The notes beneath the pieces were generated by a model. The model was not told the DNA's origin. It made no database searches and saw only the letters and a program-made list of their open reading frames with translations. From the NCBI RefSeq assembly GCF_009914755.1, contig NC_060947.1: a stretch of DNA of 64,000 nt. The stretch is one strand, 5' to 3'. Position 1 is the stretch's first letter; each line of letters starts with the position of its first letter. This DNA comes from the human T2T-CHM13v2.0 reference genome, Homo sapiens. Made by a program: the position numbers and the translations under genes. Positions 12,101-24,900 of the stretch are shown piece by piece.

Positions 12101-12965
12101 TATTTCAAAACTGCTCTATGAAAAGCAATGTTAAACTCTGTGGCTCGAACACAAACATCACAAAGCGGTTTCTGAGAATGCTTCAGTTTAGTTTTTCTGT
12201 GGAAATATTCCCGTTTCCAAAGAAATCTTCAAAGAGGTCCACGTATCCACTTACAGATTCTACAAAAAGACAGTTTCAAAACTGCTCCATCAAAAGGAGG
12301 GTTCAACCGTGTGACTTGAATGCAATCATCACTCAGAAGTTTCTGAGAATGCTTCTCTTTAGTTTTTACGTGAACATATACCCGTTTCGAACGAAGGCCA
12401 CCCAGTGGTCCAAATATCCACTTGCAGATTATACAGAAAGAGTGTTTCGAACCTGAACTCTCAAAGGCAGGTTCATCTCTGCGGGTTAAAAGCATTCATC
12501 ATGAAGAACTTTCTCAGAGTGTTTGTGTTTAGTTATGGGAAATTATTCCCGTTTCCAACGAAATCCTCAGAGAGCTCCAAATATCCACCTGCAGATTCTA
12601 CCAAAAGTGTATTTGGAAACTGCTCCATCAAAAGGCATGTTCAGCTCTGTGAGTGAAACTCCATCATCACAAAGAATATTCTGAGAATGCTTCCGTTTGC
12701 CTTTTATATGAAGTTCCTTCCTGTACTACCGTAGGCCTCAAAGCAGTCCAAATCTCCATTTGCAGATTCTATAAAAAGAGTGATTCCAATCTGCTCTATC
12801 AATAGGATTGTTCAACTCCATGAGTTGAATGCCATCCTCACAAAGTAGTTTCTGAGAATGCTTCTATCTGGTTTTTGTGTGAAGATATTTCCTTTTCCAC
12901 CACAGGCCTCAAAGCCCTCCAAACGTCCACTTGCAGATTCTCGAAAAAGAGTGTTTCATAGCTGT

Positions 12966-15900
12966 TCTTTCAAAAGGAAAGTTCAACTCTGGGAGTTGAA
13001 TACAAACATCACAAAGTAGTTTCCGAGAATGCTTCTGTTTAGTTTTTATGTGAAGATGATCCCGTTTCCAGTGAAATCTTCAAAGAGGTCCACATATCCC
13101 CTTGCAGATTCCAAAGAAAGAGGGTTTCAAAACTGCTCCATCAGAAGGATTGTTCAACTCTGTGAGTTGAATGCAGTCATCGCAGAAAACTTTCTGAGAA
13201 TGCTTCTGTCTAGGTTTGATGTGAAGATATAGACGTTTCAAACGAAGGCTACAAAGTGGTCAAAATATACACTTGCAGATTCTACTACAAGGGTGTTGCA
13301 AACCTGAACTATCAAAGGAAGGTTCAACTCTGTGAGTTGAATACAAACATCACAAAGAATGTTCTGAGTTTGCTTCCGTTCAGTTATGGGAAGTTGATCC
13401 CGTTTCCAACGAAATCCTCAGAGAGGTCCAAATATCCCCTCGCAGATTCTACAAAACGTGTGTTTGGAAACTGCTCCATCATAACGAATGTTCAGCTCCC
13501 TGAGTTAAACTCCATCGTCACAAAGAATTTTCTGAGAGTGCTACCGTCTGGTTTTTATATGAAGTTCTTTCCTTCACTACCACAGGCCTCAAAGCGGTCC
13601 AAATCTCCACTTGCAGATTCTACAAAAAGAGTGTTTGCAAACTGCTCTATCAAAAGGATTGTTCAACTCTGGGAGTTGAATGCAATCATCACAGAGCAGT
13701 TTCTGAGAATGCTTCTATGTCGTTTTTAGGAGAAGATATTTCCTTTTCCAACACAGTCCTCCAAGCCCGCTAAATAGCCACTTGCACATTGTAGAAAAAG
13801 TGTGTCAAAGCTGCGCTATCAAAGGGAAAGTTCAACTCTGTGAGGTGAATGCAAACATCCCAAAGAAGTTTCTGAGAATGCTTCCGTTTAGCTTTTAGGT
13901 GAAGATTATCCCGTTTCCAACGAAACCTTCAAAGAGGTCCAAATATCCCCTTGCGGATCCCACAGAAAGAGTGTTTCGAAACTGCTGTTTCAAAAGGAAT
14001 CTTCAACTCTGTGAGTTGAATGCAATCATCACAAAGAAGTTTCTGACAATGCTTCTCTCTCGTCTTTCTGTGAAGATAAAGGAAAAGGCTTTCAGGCCTT
14101 TTCCACCACAGGCCTGAAAGCGCTCCAAATGTCCACTTGCAGATTCTGCGAAAAGAATATTTCAAAACTGCTCTATGAAAAGCAATGTTAAACTCTGCGG
14201 CTCGAACACAAACATCACAAAGCGGTTTCTGAGAATGCTTCAGTTTAGTTTTTCTGTGGAAATATTCCCGTTTCCAAAGAAATCTTCAAAGAGGTCCACG
14301 TATCCACTTACAGATTCTACAAAAAGACAGTTTCAAAACTGCTCCATCAAAAGGAGGGTTCAACCGTGTGACTTGAATGCAATCATCACTCAGAAGTTTC
14401 TGAGAATGCTTCTCTTTAGTTTTTACGTGAACATATACCCGTTTCGAACGAAGGCCACCCAGTGGTCCAAATATCCACTTGCAGATTATACAGAAAGAGT
14501 GTTTCGAACCTGAACTCTCAAAGGCAGGTTCATCTCTGCGAGTTAAATGCATTCATCATGAAGAACTTTCTCAGAGTGTTTGTGTTTAGTTATGGGAAAT
14601 TCTTCCCGTTTCCAACGAAATCCTCAGAGAGCTCCAAATATCCACCTGCAGATTCTACCAAAAGTGTATTTGGAAACTGCTCCATCAAAAGGCATGTTCA
14701 GCTCTGTGAGTGAAACTCCATCATCACAAAGAATATTCTGAGAATGCTTCCGTTTGCCTTTTATATGAAGTTCCTTCCTGTACTACCGTAGGCCTCAAAG
14801 CAGTCCAAATCTCCATTTGCAGATTCTACAAAAAGAGTGATTCCAATCTGCTCTATCAAAAGGATTGTTCAACTCCATGAGTTGAATGCCATCCTCACAA
14901 AGCAGTTTCTGAGAATGCTTCTATCTGGTTTTTGTGTGAAGATATTTCCTTTTCCACCACAGGCCTCAAAGCCCTCCAAACGTCCACTTGCAGATTCTCG
15001 AAAAAGAGTGTTTCATAGCTGCTCTTTCAAAAGGAAAGTTCAACTCTGGGAGTTGAATACAAACATCACAAAATAGTTTCCGAGAATGCTTCTGTTTAGT
15101 TTCTATGTGAAGATGATCCCGTTTCCAGTGAAATCTTCAAAGAGGTCCACATATCCCCTTGCAGATTCCAAAGAAAGAGGGTTTCAAAACTGCTCCATCA
15201 GAAGGATTGTTCAACTCTGTGAGTTGAATGCAGTCATCGCAGAAAACTTTCTGAGAATGCTTCTGTCTAGGTTTGATGTGAAGATATAGACGTTTCAAAC
15301 GAAGGCTACAAAGTGGTCAAAATATACACTTGCAGATTCTACTACAAGGGTGTTGCAAACCTGAACTATCAAAGGAAGGTTCAACTCTGTGAGTTGAATA
15401 CAAACATCACAAAGAATGTTCTGAGTTTGCTTCCGTTCAGTTATGGGAAGTTGATCCCGTTTCCAACGAAATCCTCAGAGAGGTCCAAATATCCCCTCAC
15501 AGATTCTACAAAACGTGTGTTTGGAAACTGCTCCATCATAACGAATGTTCAGCTCCCTGAGTTAAACTCCATCGTCACAAAGAATTTTCTGAGAGTGCTA
15601 CCGTCTGGTTTTTATATGAAGTTCTTTCCTTCACTACCACAGGCCTCAAAGCGGTCCAAATCTCCACTTGCAGATTCTACAAAAAGAGTGTTTGCAAACT
15701 GCTCTATCAAAAGGAATGTTCAACTCTGGGAGTTGAATGCAATCATCACAGAGCAGTTTCTGAGAATGCTTCTATGTCGTTTTTAGGAGAAGATATTTCC
15801 TTTTCCAACACAGTCCTCCAAGCCCGCTAAATAGCCACTTGCACATTGTAGAAAAAGTGTGTCGAAGCTGCGCTATCAAAGGGAAAGTTCAACTCTGTGA

Positions 15901-18900
15901 GGTGAATGCAAACATCCCAAAGAAGTTTCTGAGAATGCTTCCGTTTAGCTTTTAGGTGAAGATTATCCCGTTTCCAACGAAACCTTCAAAGAGGTCCAAA
16001 TATCCCCTTGCGGATCCCACAGAAAGAGTGTTTCGAAACTGCTGTTTCAAAAGGAATCTTCAACTCTGTGAGTTGAATGCAATCATCACAAAGAAGTTTC
16101 TGACAATGCTTCTCTCTCGTCTTTCTGTGAAGATAAAGGAAAAGGCTTTCAGGCCTTTTCCACCACAGGCCTGAAAGCGCTCCAAATGTCCACTTGCAGA
16201 TTCTGCGAAAAGAATATTTCAAAACTGCTCTATGAAAAGCAATGTTAAACTCTGTGGCTCGAACACAAACATCACAAAGCGGTTTCTGAGAATGCTTCAG
16301 TTTAGTTTTTCTGTGGAAATATTCCCGTTTCCAAAGAAATCTTCAAAGAGGTCCACGTATCCACTTACAGATTCTACAAAAAGACAGTTTCAAAACTGCT
16401 CCATCAAAAGGAGGGTTCAACTGTGTGACTTGAATGCAATCATCACTCAGAAGTTTCTGAGAATGCTTCTCTTTAGTTTTTACGTGAACATATACCCGTT
16501 TCGAACGAAGGCCACCCAGTGGTCCAAATATCCACTTGCAGATTATACAGAAAGAGTGTTTCGAACCTGAACTCTCAAAGGCAGGTTCATCTCTGCGAGT
16601 TAAATGCATTCATCATGAAGAACTTTCTCAGAGTGTTTGTGTTTAGTTATGGGAAATTATTCCCGTTTCCAACGAAATCCTCAGAGAGCTCCAAATATCC
16701 ACCTGCAGATTCTACCAAAAGTGTATTTGGAAACTGCTCCATCAAAAGGCATGTTCAGCTCTGTGAGTGAAACTCCATCATCACAAAGAATATTCTGAGA
16801 ATGCTTCCGTTTGCCTTTTATCTGAAGTTCCTTCCTATACGACCGTAGGCCTCAAAGCAGTCCAAATCTCCATTTGCAGATTCTACAAAAAGAGTGATTC
16901 CAATCTGCTCTATCAATAGGATTGTTCAACTCCATGAGTTGAATGCCATCCTCACAAAGTCGTTTCTGAGAATGCTTCTATCTGGTTTTTGTGTGAAGAT
17001 ATTTCCTTTTCCACCACAGGCCTCAAAGCCCTCCAAACGTCCACTTGCAGATTCTCGAAAAAGAGTGTTTCATAGCTGCTCTTTCAAAAGGAAAGTTCAA
17101 CTCTGGGAGTTGAATACAAACATCACAAAGTAGTTTCCGAGAATGCTTCTGTTTAGTTTTTATGTGAAGATGATCCCGTTTCCAGTGAAATCTTCAAAGA
17201 GGTCCACATATCCCCTTGCAGATTCCAAAGAAAGAGGGTTTCAAAACTGCTCCATCAGAAGGATTGTTCAACTCTGTGAGTTGAATGCAGTCATCGCAGA
17301 AAACTTTCTGAGAATGCTTCTGTCTAGGTTTGATGTGAAGATATAGACGTTTCAAACGAAGGCTACAAAGTGGTCAAAATATACACTTGCAGATTCTACT
17401 ACAAGGGTGTTGCAAACCTGAACTATCAAAGGAAGGTTCAACTCTGTGAGTTGAATACAAACATCACAAAGAATGTTCTGAGTTTGCTTCCGTTCAGTTA
17501 TGGGAAGTTGATCCCGTTTCCAACGAAATCCTCAGAGAGGTCCAAATATCCCCTTGCAGATTCTACAAAACGTGTGTTTGGAAACTGCTCCATCATAACG
17601 AATGTTCAGCTCCCTGAGTTAAACTCCATCGTCACAAAGAATTTTCTGAGAGTGCTACCGTCTGGTTTTTATATGAAGTTCTTTCCTTCACTACCACAGG
17701 CCTCAAAGCGGTCCAAATCTCCACTTGCAGATTCTACAAAAAGAGTGTTTGCAAACTGCTCTATCAAAAGGAATGTTCAACTCTGGGAGTTGAATGCAAT
17801 CATCACAGAGCAGTTTCTGAGAATGCTTCTATGTCGTTTTTAGGAGAAGATATTTCCTTTTCCAACACAGTCCTCCAAGCCCGCTAAATAGCCACTTGCA
17901 CGTTGTAGAAAAAGTGTGTCAAAGCTGCGCTATCAAAGGGAAAGTTCAACTCTGTGAGGTGAATGCAAACATCCCAAAGAAGTTTCTGAGAATGCTTCCG
18001 TTTAGCTTTTAGGTGAAGATTATCCCGTTTCCAACGAAACCTTCAAAGAGGTCCAAATATCCCCTTGCGGATCCCACAGAAAGAGTGTTTCGAAACTGCT
18101 GTTTCAAAAGGAATCTTCAACTCTGTGAGTTGAATGCAATCATCACAAAGAAGTTTCTGACAATGCTTCTCTCTCGTCTTTCTGTGAAGATAAAGGAAAA
18201 GGCTTTCAGGCCTTTGCCACCACAGGCCTGAAAGCGCTCCAAATGTCCACTTGCAGATTCTGCGAAAAGAATATTTCAAAACTGCTCTATGAAAAGCAAT
18301 GTTAAACTCTGTGGCTCGAACACAAACATCACAAAGCGGTTTCTGAGAATGCTTCAGTTTAGTTTTTCTGTGGAAATATTCCCGTTTCCAAAGAAATCTT
18401 CAAAGAGGTCCACGTATCCACTTACAGATTCTACAAAAAGACAGTTTCAAAACTGCTCCATCAAAAGGAGGGTTCAACTGTGTGACTTGAATGCAATCAT
18501 CACTCAGAAGTTTCTGAGAATGCTTCTCTTTAGTTTTTACGTGAACATATACCCGTTTCGAACGAAGGCCACCCAGTGGTCCAAATATCCACTTGCAGAT
18601 TATACAGAAAGAGTGTTTCGAACCTGAACTCTCAAAGGCAGGTTCATCTCTGCGAGTTAAATGCATTCATCATGAAGAACTTTCTCAGCGTGTTTGTGTT
18701 TAGTTATGGGAAATTATTCCCGTTTCCAACGAAATCCTCAGAGAGCTCCAAATATCCACCTGCAGATTCTACCAAAAGTGTATTTGGAAACTGCTCCATC
18801 AAAAGGCATGTTCAGCTCTGTGAGTGAAACTCCATCATCACAATGAATATTCTGAGAATGCTTCCGTTTGCCTTTTATATGAAGTTCCTTCCTGTACTAC

Positions 18901-21900
18901 CGTAGGCCTCAAAGCAGTCGAAATCTCCATTTGCAGATTCTATAAAAAGAGTGATTCCAATCTGCTCTATCAATAGGATTGTTCAACTCCATGAGTTGAA
19001 TGCCATCCTCACAAAGTAGTTTCTGAGAATGCTTCTATCTGGTTTTTGTGTGAAGATATTTCCTTTTCCACCACAGGCCTCAAAGCCCTCCAAACGTCCA
19101 CTTGCAGATTCTCGAAAAAGAGTGTTTTATAGCTGCTCTTTCAAAAGGAAAGTTCAACTCTGGGAGTTGAATACAAACATCACAAAGTAGTTTCCGAGAA
19201 TGCTTCTGTTTAGTTTTTATGTGAAGATGATCCCGTTTCCAGTGAAATCTTCAAAGAGGTCCACATATCCCCTTGCAGATTCCAAAGAAAGAGGGTTTCA
19301 AAACTGCTCCATCAGAAGGATTGTTCAACTCTGTGAGTTGAATGCAGTCATCGCAGAAAACTTTCTGAGAATGCTTCTGTCTAGGTTTGATGTGAAGATA
19401 TAGACGTTTCAAACGAAGGCTACAAAGTGGTCAAAATATACACTTGCAGATTCTACTACAAGGGTGTTGCAAACCTGAACTATCAAAGGAAGGTTCAACT
19501 CTGTGAGTTGAATACAAACATCACAAAGAATGTTCTGAGTTTGCTTCCGTTCAGTTATGGGAAGTTGATCCCGTTTCCAACGAAATCCTCAGAGAGGTCC
19601 AAATATCCCCTCGCAGATTCTACAAAACGTGTGTTTGGAAACTGCTCCATCATAACGAATGTTCAGCTCCCTGAGTTAAACTCCATCGTCACAAAGAATT
19701 TTCTGAGAGTGCTACCGTCTGGTTTTTATATGAAGTTCTTTCCTTCACTACCACAGGCCTCAAAGCGGTCCAAATCTCCACTTGCAGATTCTACAAAAAG
19801 AGTGTTTGCAAACTGCTCTATCAAAAGGAATGTTCAACTCTGGGAGTTGAATGCAATCATCACAGAGCAGTTTCTGAGAATGCTTCTATGTCGTTTTTAG
19901 GAGAAGATATTTCCTTTTCCAACACAGTCCTCCAAGCCCGCTAAATAGCCACTTGCACATTGTAGAAAAAGTGTGTCAAAGCTGCGCTATCAAAGGGAAA
20001 GTTCAACTCTGTGAGGTGAATGCAAACATCCCAAAGAAGTTTCTGAGAATGCTTCCGTTTAGCTTTTAGGGGAAGATTATCCCGTTTCCAACGAAACCTT
20101 CAAAGAGGTCCAAATATCCCCTTGCGGATCCCACAGAAAGAGTGTTTCGAAACTGCTGTTTCAAAAGGAATCTTCAACTCTGTGAGTTGAATGCAATCAT
20201 CACAAAGAAGTTTCTGACAATGCTTCTCTCTCGTCTTTCTGTGAAGATAAAGGAAAAGGCTTTCAGGCCTTTTCCACCACAGGCCTGAAAGCGCTCCAAA
20301 TGTCCACTTGCAGATTCTGCGAAAAGAATATTTCAAAACTGCTCTATGAAAAGCAATGTTAAACTCTGTGGCTCGAACACAAACATCACAAAGCGGTTTC
20401 TGAGAATGCTTCAGTTTAGTTTTTCTGTGGAAATATTCCCGTTTCCAAAGAAATCTTCAAAGAGGTCCACGTATCCACTTACAGATTCTACAAAAAGACA
20501 GTTTCAAAACTGCTCCATCAAAAGGAGGGTTCAACCGTGTGACTTGAATGCAATCATCACTCAGAAGTTTCTGAGAATGCTTCTCTTTAGTTTTTACGTG
20601 AACATATACCCGTTTCGAACGAAGGCCACCCAGTGGTCCAAATATCCACTTGCAGATTCTACAGAAAGAGTGTTTCGAACCTGAACTCTCAAAGGCAGGT
20701 TCATCTCTGCGAGTTAAATGCATTCATCATGAAGAACTTTCTCAGAGTGTTTGTGTTTAGTTATGGGAAATTATTCCCGTTTCCAACGAAATCCTCAGAG
20801 AGCTCCAAATATCCACCTGCAGATTCTACCAAAAGTGTATTTGGAAACTGCTCCATCAAAAGGCATGTTCAGCTCTGTGAGTGAAACTCCATCATCACAA
20901 AGAATATTCTGAGAATGCTTCCGTTTGCCTTTTATATGAAGTTCCTTCCTGTACTACCGTAGGCCTCAAAGCAGTCCAAATCTCCATTTGCAGATTCTAT
21001 AAAAAGAGTGATTCCAATCTGCTCTATCAATAGGATTGTTCAACTCCATGAGTTGAATGCCATCCTCACAAAGTAGTTTCTGAGAATGCTTCTATCTGGT
21101 TTTTGTGTGAAGATATTTCCTTTTCCACCACAGGCCTCAAAGCCCTCCAAACGTCCACTTGCAGATTCTCGAAAAAGAGTGTTTTATAGCTGCTCTTTCA
21201 AAAGGAAAGTTCAACTCTGGGAGTTGAATACAAACATCACAAAGTAGTTTCCGAGAATGCTTCTGTTTAGTTTTTATGTGAGGATGATCCCGTTTCCAGT
21301 GAAATCTTCAAAGAGGTCCACATATCCCCTTGCAGATTCCAAAGAAAGAGGGTTTCAAAACTGCTCCATCAGAAGGATTGTTCAACTCTGTGAGTTGAAT
21401 GCAGTCATCGCAGAAAACTTTCTGAGAATGCTTCTGTCTAGGTTTGATGTGAAGATATAGACGTTTCAAACGAAGGCTACAAAGTGGTCAAAATATACAC
21501 TTGCAGATTCTACTACAAGGGTGTTGCAAACCTGAACTATCAAAGGAAGGTTCAACTCTGTGAGTTGAATACAAACATCACAAAGAATGTTCTGAGTTTG
21601 CTTCCGTTCAGTTATGGGAAGTTGATCCCGTTTCCAACGAAATCCTCAGAGAGGTCCAAATATCCCCTCACAGATTCTACAAAACGTGTGTTTGGAAACT
21701 GCTCCATCATAACGAATGTTCAGCTCCCTGAGTTAAACTCCATCGTCACAAAGAATTTTCTGAGAGTGCTACCGTCTGGTTTTTATATGAAGTTCTTTCC
21801 TTCACTACCACAGGCCTCAAAGCGGTCCAAATCTCCACTTGCAGATTCTACAAAAAGAGTGTTTGCAAACTGCTCTATCAAAAGGAATGTTCAACTCTGG

Positions 21901-24900
21901 GAGTTGAATGCAATCATCACAGAGCAGTTTCTGAGAATGCTTCTATGTCGTTTTTAGGAGAAGATATTTCCTTTTCCAACACAGTCCTCCAAGCCCGCTA
22001 AATAGCCACTTGCACATTGTAGAAAAAGTGTGTCAAAGCTGCGCTATCAAAGGGAAAGTTCAACTCTGTGAGGTGAATGCAAACATCCCAAAGAAGTTTC
22101 TGAGAATGCTTCCGTTTAGCTTTTAGGGGAAGATTATCCCGTTTCCAACGAAACCTTCAAAGAGGTCCAAATATCCCCTTGCGGATCCCACAGAAAGAGT
22201 GTTTCGAAACTGCTGTTTCAAAAGGAATCTTCAACTCTGTGAGTTGAATGCAATCATCACAAAGAAGTTTCTGACAATGCTTCTCTCTCGTCTTTCTGTG
22301 AAGATAAAGGAAAAGGCTTTCAGGCCTTTTCCACCACAGGCCTGAAAGCGCTCCAAATGTCCACTTGCAGATTCTGCGAAAAGAATATTTCAAAACTGCT
22401 CTATGAAAAGCAATGTTAAACTCTGTGGCTCGAACACAAACATCACAAAGCGGTTTCTGAGAATGCTTCAGTTTAGTTTTTCTGTGGAAATATTCCCGTT
22501 TCCAAAGAAATCTTCAAAGAGGTCCACGTATCCACTTACAGATTCTACAAAAAGACAGTTTCAAAACTGCTCCATCAAAAGGAGGGTTCAACCGTGTGAC
22601 TTGAATGCAATCATCACTCAGAAGTTTCTGAGAATGCTTCTCTTTAGTTTTTACGTGAACATATACCCGTTTCGAACGAAGGCCACCCAGTGGTCCAAAT
22701 ATCCACTTGCAGATTATACAGAAAGAGTGTTTCGAACCTGAACTCTCAAAGGCAGGTTCATCTCTGCGAGTTAAATGCATTCATCATGAAGAACTTTCTC
22801 AGAGTGTTTGTGTTTAGTTATGGGAAATTATTCCCGTTTCCAACGAAATCCTCAGAGAGCTCCAAATATCCACCTGCAGATTCTACCAAAAGTGTATTTG
22901 GAAACTGCTCCATCAAAAGGCATGTTCAGCTCTGTGAGTGAAACTCCATCATCACAAAGAATATTCTGAGAATGCTTCCGTTTGCCTTTTATATGAAGTT
23001 CCTTCCTGTACTACCGTAGGCCTCAAAGCAGTCCAAATCTCCATTTGCAGATTCTACAAAAAGAGTGATTCCAATCTGCTCTATCAATAGGATTGTTCAA
23101 CTCCATGAGTTGAATGCCATCCTCACAAAGTAGTTTCTGAGAATGCTTCTATCTGGTTTTTGTGTGAAGATATTTCCTTTTCCACCACAGGCCTCAAAGC
23201 CCTCCAAACGTCCACTTGCAGATTCTCGAAAAAGAGTGTTTCATAGCTGCTCTTTCAAAAGGAAAGTTCAACTCTGGGAGTTGAATACAAACATCACAAA
23301 GTAGTTTCCGAGAATGCTTCTGTTTAGTTTTTATGTGAAGATGATCCCGTTTCCAGTGAAATCTTCAAAGAGGTCCACATATCCCCTTGCAGATTCCAAA
23401 GAAAGAGGGTTTCAAAACTGCTCCATCAGAAGGATTGTTCAACTCTGTGAGTTGAATGCAGTCATCGCAGAAAACTTTCTGAGAATGCTTCTGTCTAGGT
23501 TTGATGTGAAGATATAGACGTTTCAAACGAAGGCTACAAAGTGGTCAAAATATACACTTGCAGATTCTACTACAAGGGTGTTGCAAACCTGAACTATCAA
23601 AGGAAGGTTCAACTCTGTGAGTTGAATACAAACATCACAAAGAATGTTCTGAGTTTGCTTCCGTTCAGTTATGGGAAGTTGATCCCGTTTCCAACGAAAT
23701 CCTCAGAGAGGTCCAAATATCCCCTCGCAGATTCTACAAAACGTGTGTTTGGAAACTGCTCCATCATAACGAATGTTCAGCTCCCTGAGTTAAACTCCAT
23801 CGTCACAAAGAATTTTCTGAGAGTGCTACCGTCTGGTTTTTATATGAAGTTCTTTCCTTCACTACCACAGGCCTCAAAGCGGTCCAAATCTCCACTTGCA
23901 GATTCTACAAAAAGAGTGTTTGCAAACTGCTCTATCAAAAGGATTGTTCAACTCTGGGAGTTGAATGCAATCATCACAGAGCAGTTTCTGAGAATGCTTC
24001 TATGTCGTTTTTAGGAGAAGATATTTCCTTTTCCAACACAGTCCTCCAAGCCCGCTAAATAGCCACTTGCACATTGTAGAAAAAGTGTGTCAAAGCTGCG
24101 CTATCAAAGGGAAAGTTCAACTCTGTGAGGTGAATGCAAACATCCCAAAGAAGTTTCTGAGAATGCTTCCGTTTAGCTTTTAGGTGAAGATTATCCCGTT
24201 TCCAACGAAACCTTCAAAGAGGTCCAAATATCCCCTTGCGGATCCCACAGAAAGAGTGTTTCGAAACTGCTGTTTCAAAAGGAATCTTCAACTCTGTGAG
24301 TTGAATGCAATCATCACAAAGAAGTTTCTGACAATGCTTCTCTCTCGTCTTTCTGTGAAGATAAAGGAAAAGGCTTTCAGGCCTTTTCCACCACAGGCCT
24401 GAAAGCGCTCCAAATGTCCACTTGCAGATTCTGCGAAAAGAATATTTCAAAACTGCTCTATGAAAAGCAATGTTAAACTCTGCGGCTCGAACACAAACAT
24501 CACAAAGCGGTTTCTGAGAATGCTTCAGTTTAGTTTTTCTGTGGAAATATTCCCGTTTCCAAAGAAATCTTCAAAGAGGTCCACGTATCCACTTACAGAT
24601 TCTACAAAAAGACAGTTTCAAAACTGCTCCATCAAAAGGAGGGTTCAACCGTGTGACTTGAATGCAATCATCACTCAGAAGTTTCTGAGAATGCTTCTCT
24701 TTAGTTTTTACGTGAACATATACCCGTTTCGAACGAAGGCCACCCAGTGGTCCAAATATCCACTTGCAGATTATACAGAAAGAGTGTTTCGAACCTGAAC
24801 TCTCAAAGGCAGGTTCATCTCTGCGAGTTAAATGCATTCATCATGAAGAACTTTCTCAGAGTGTTTGTGTTTAGTTATGGGAAATTCTTCCCGTTTCCAA

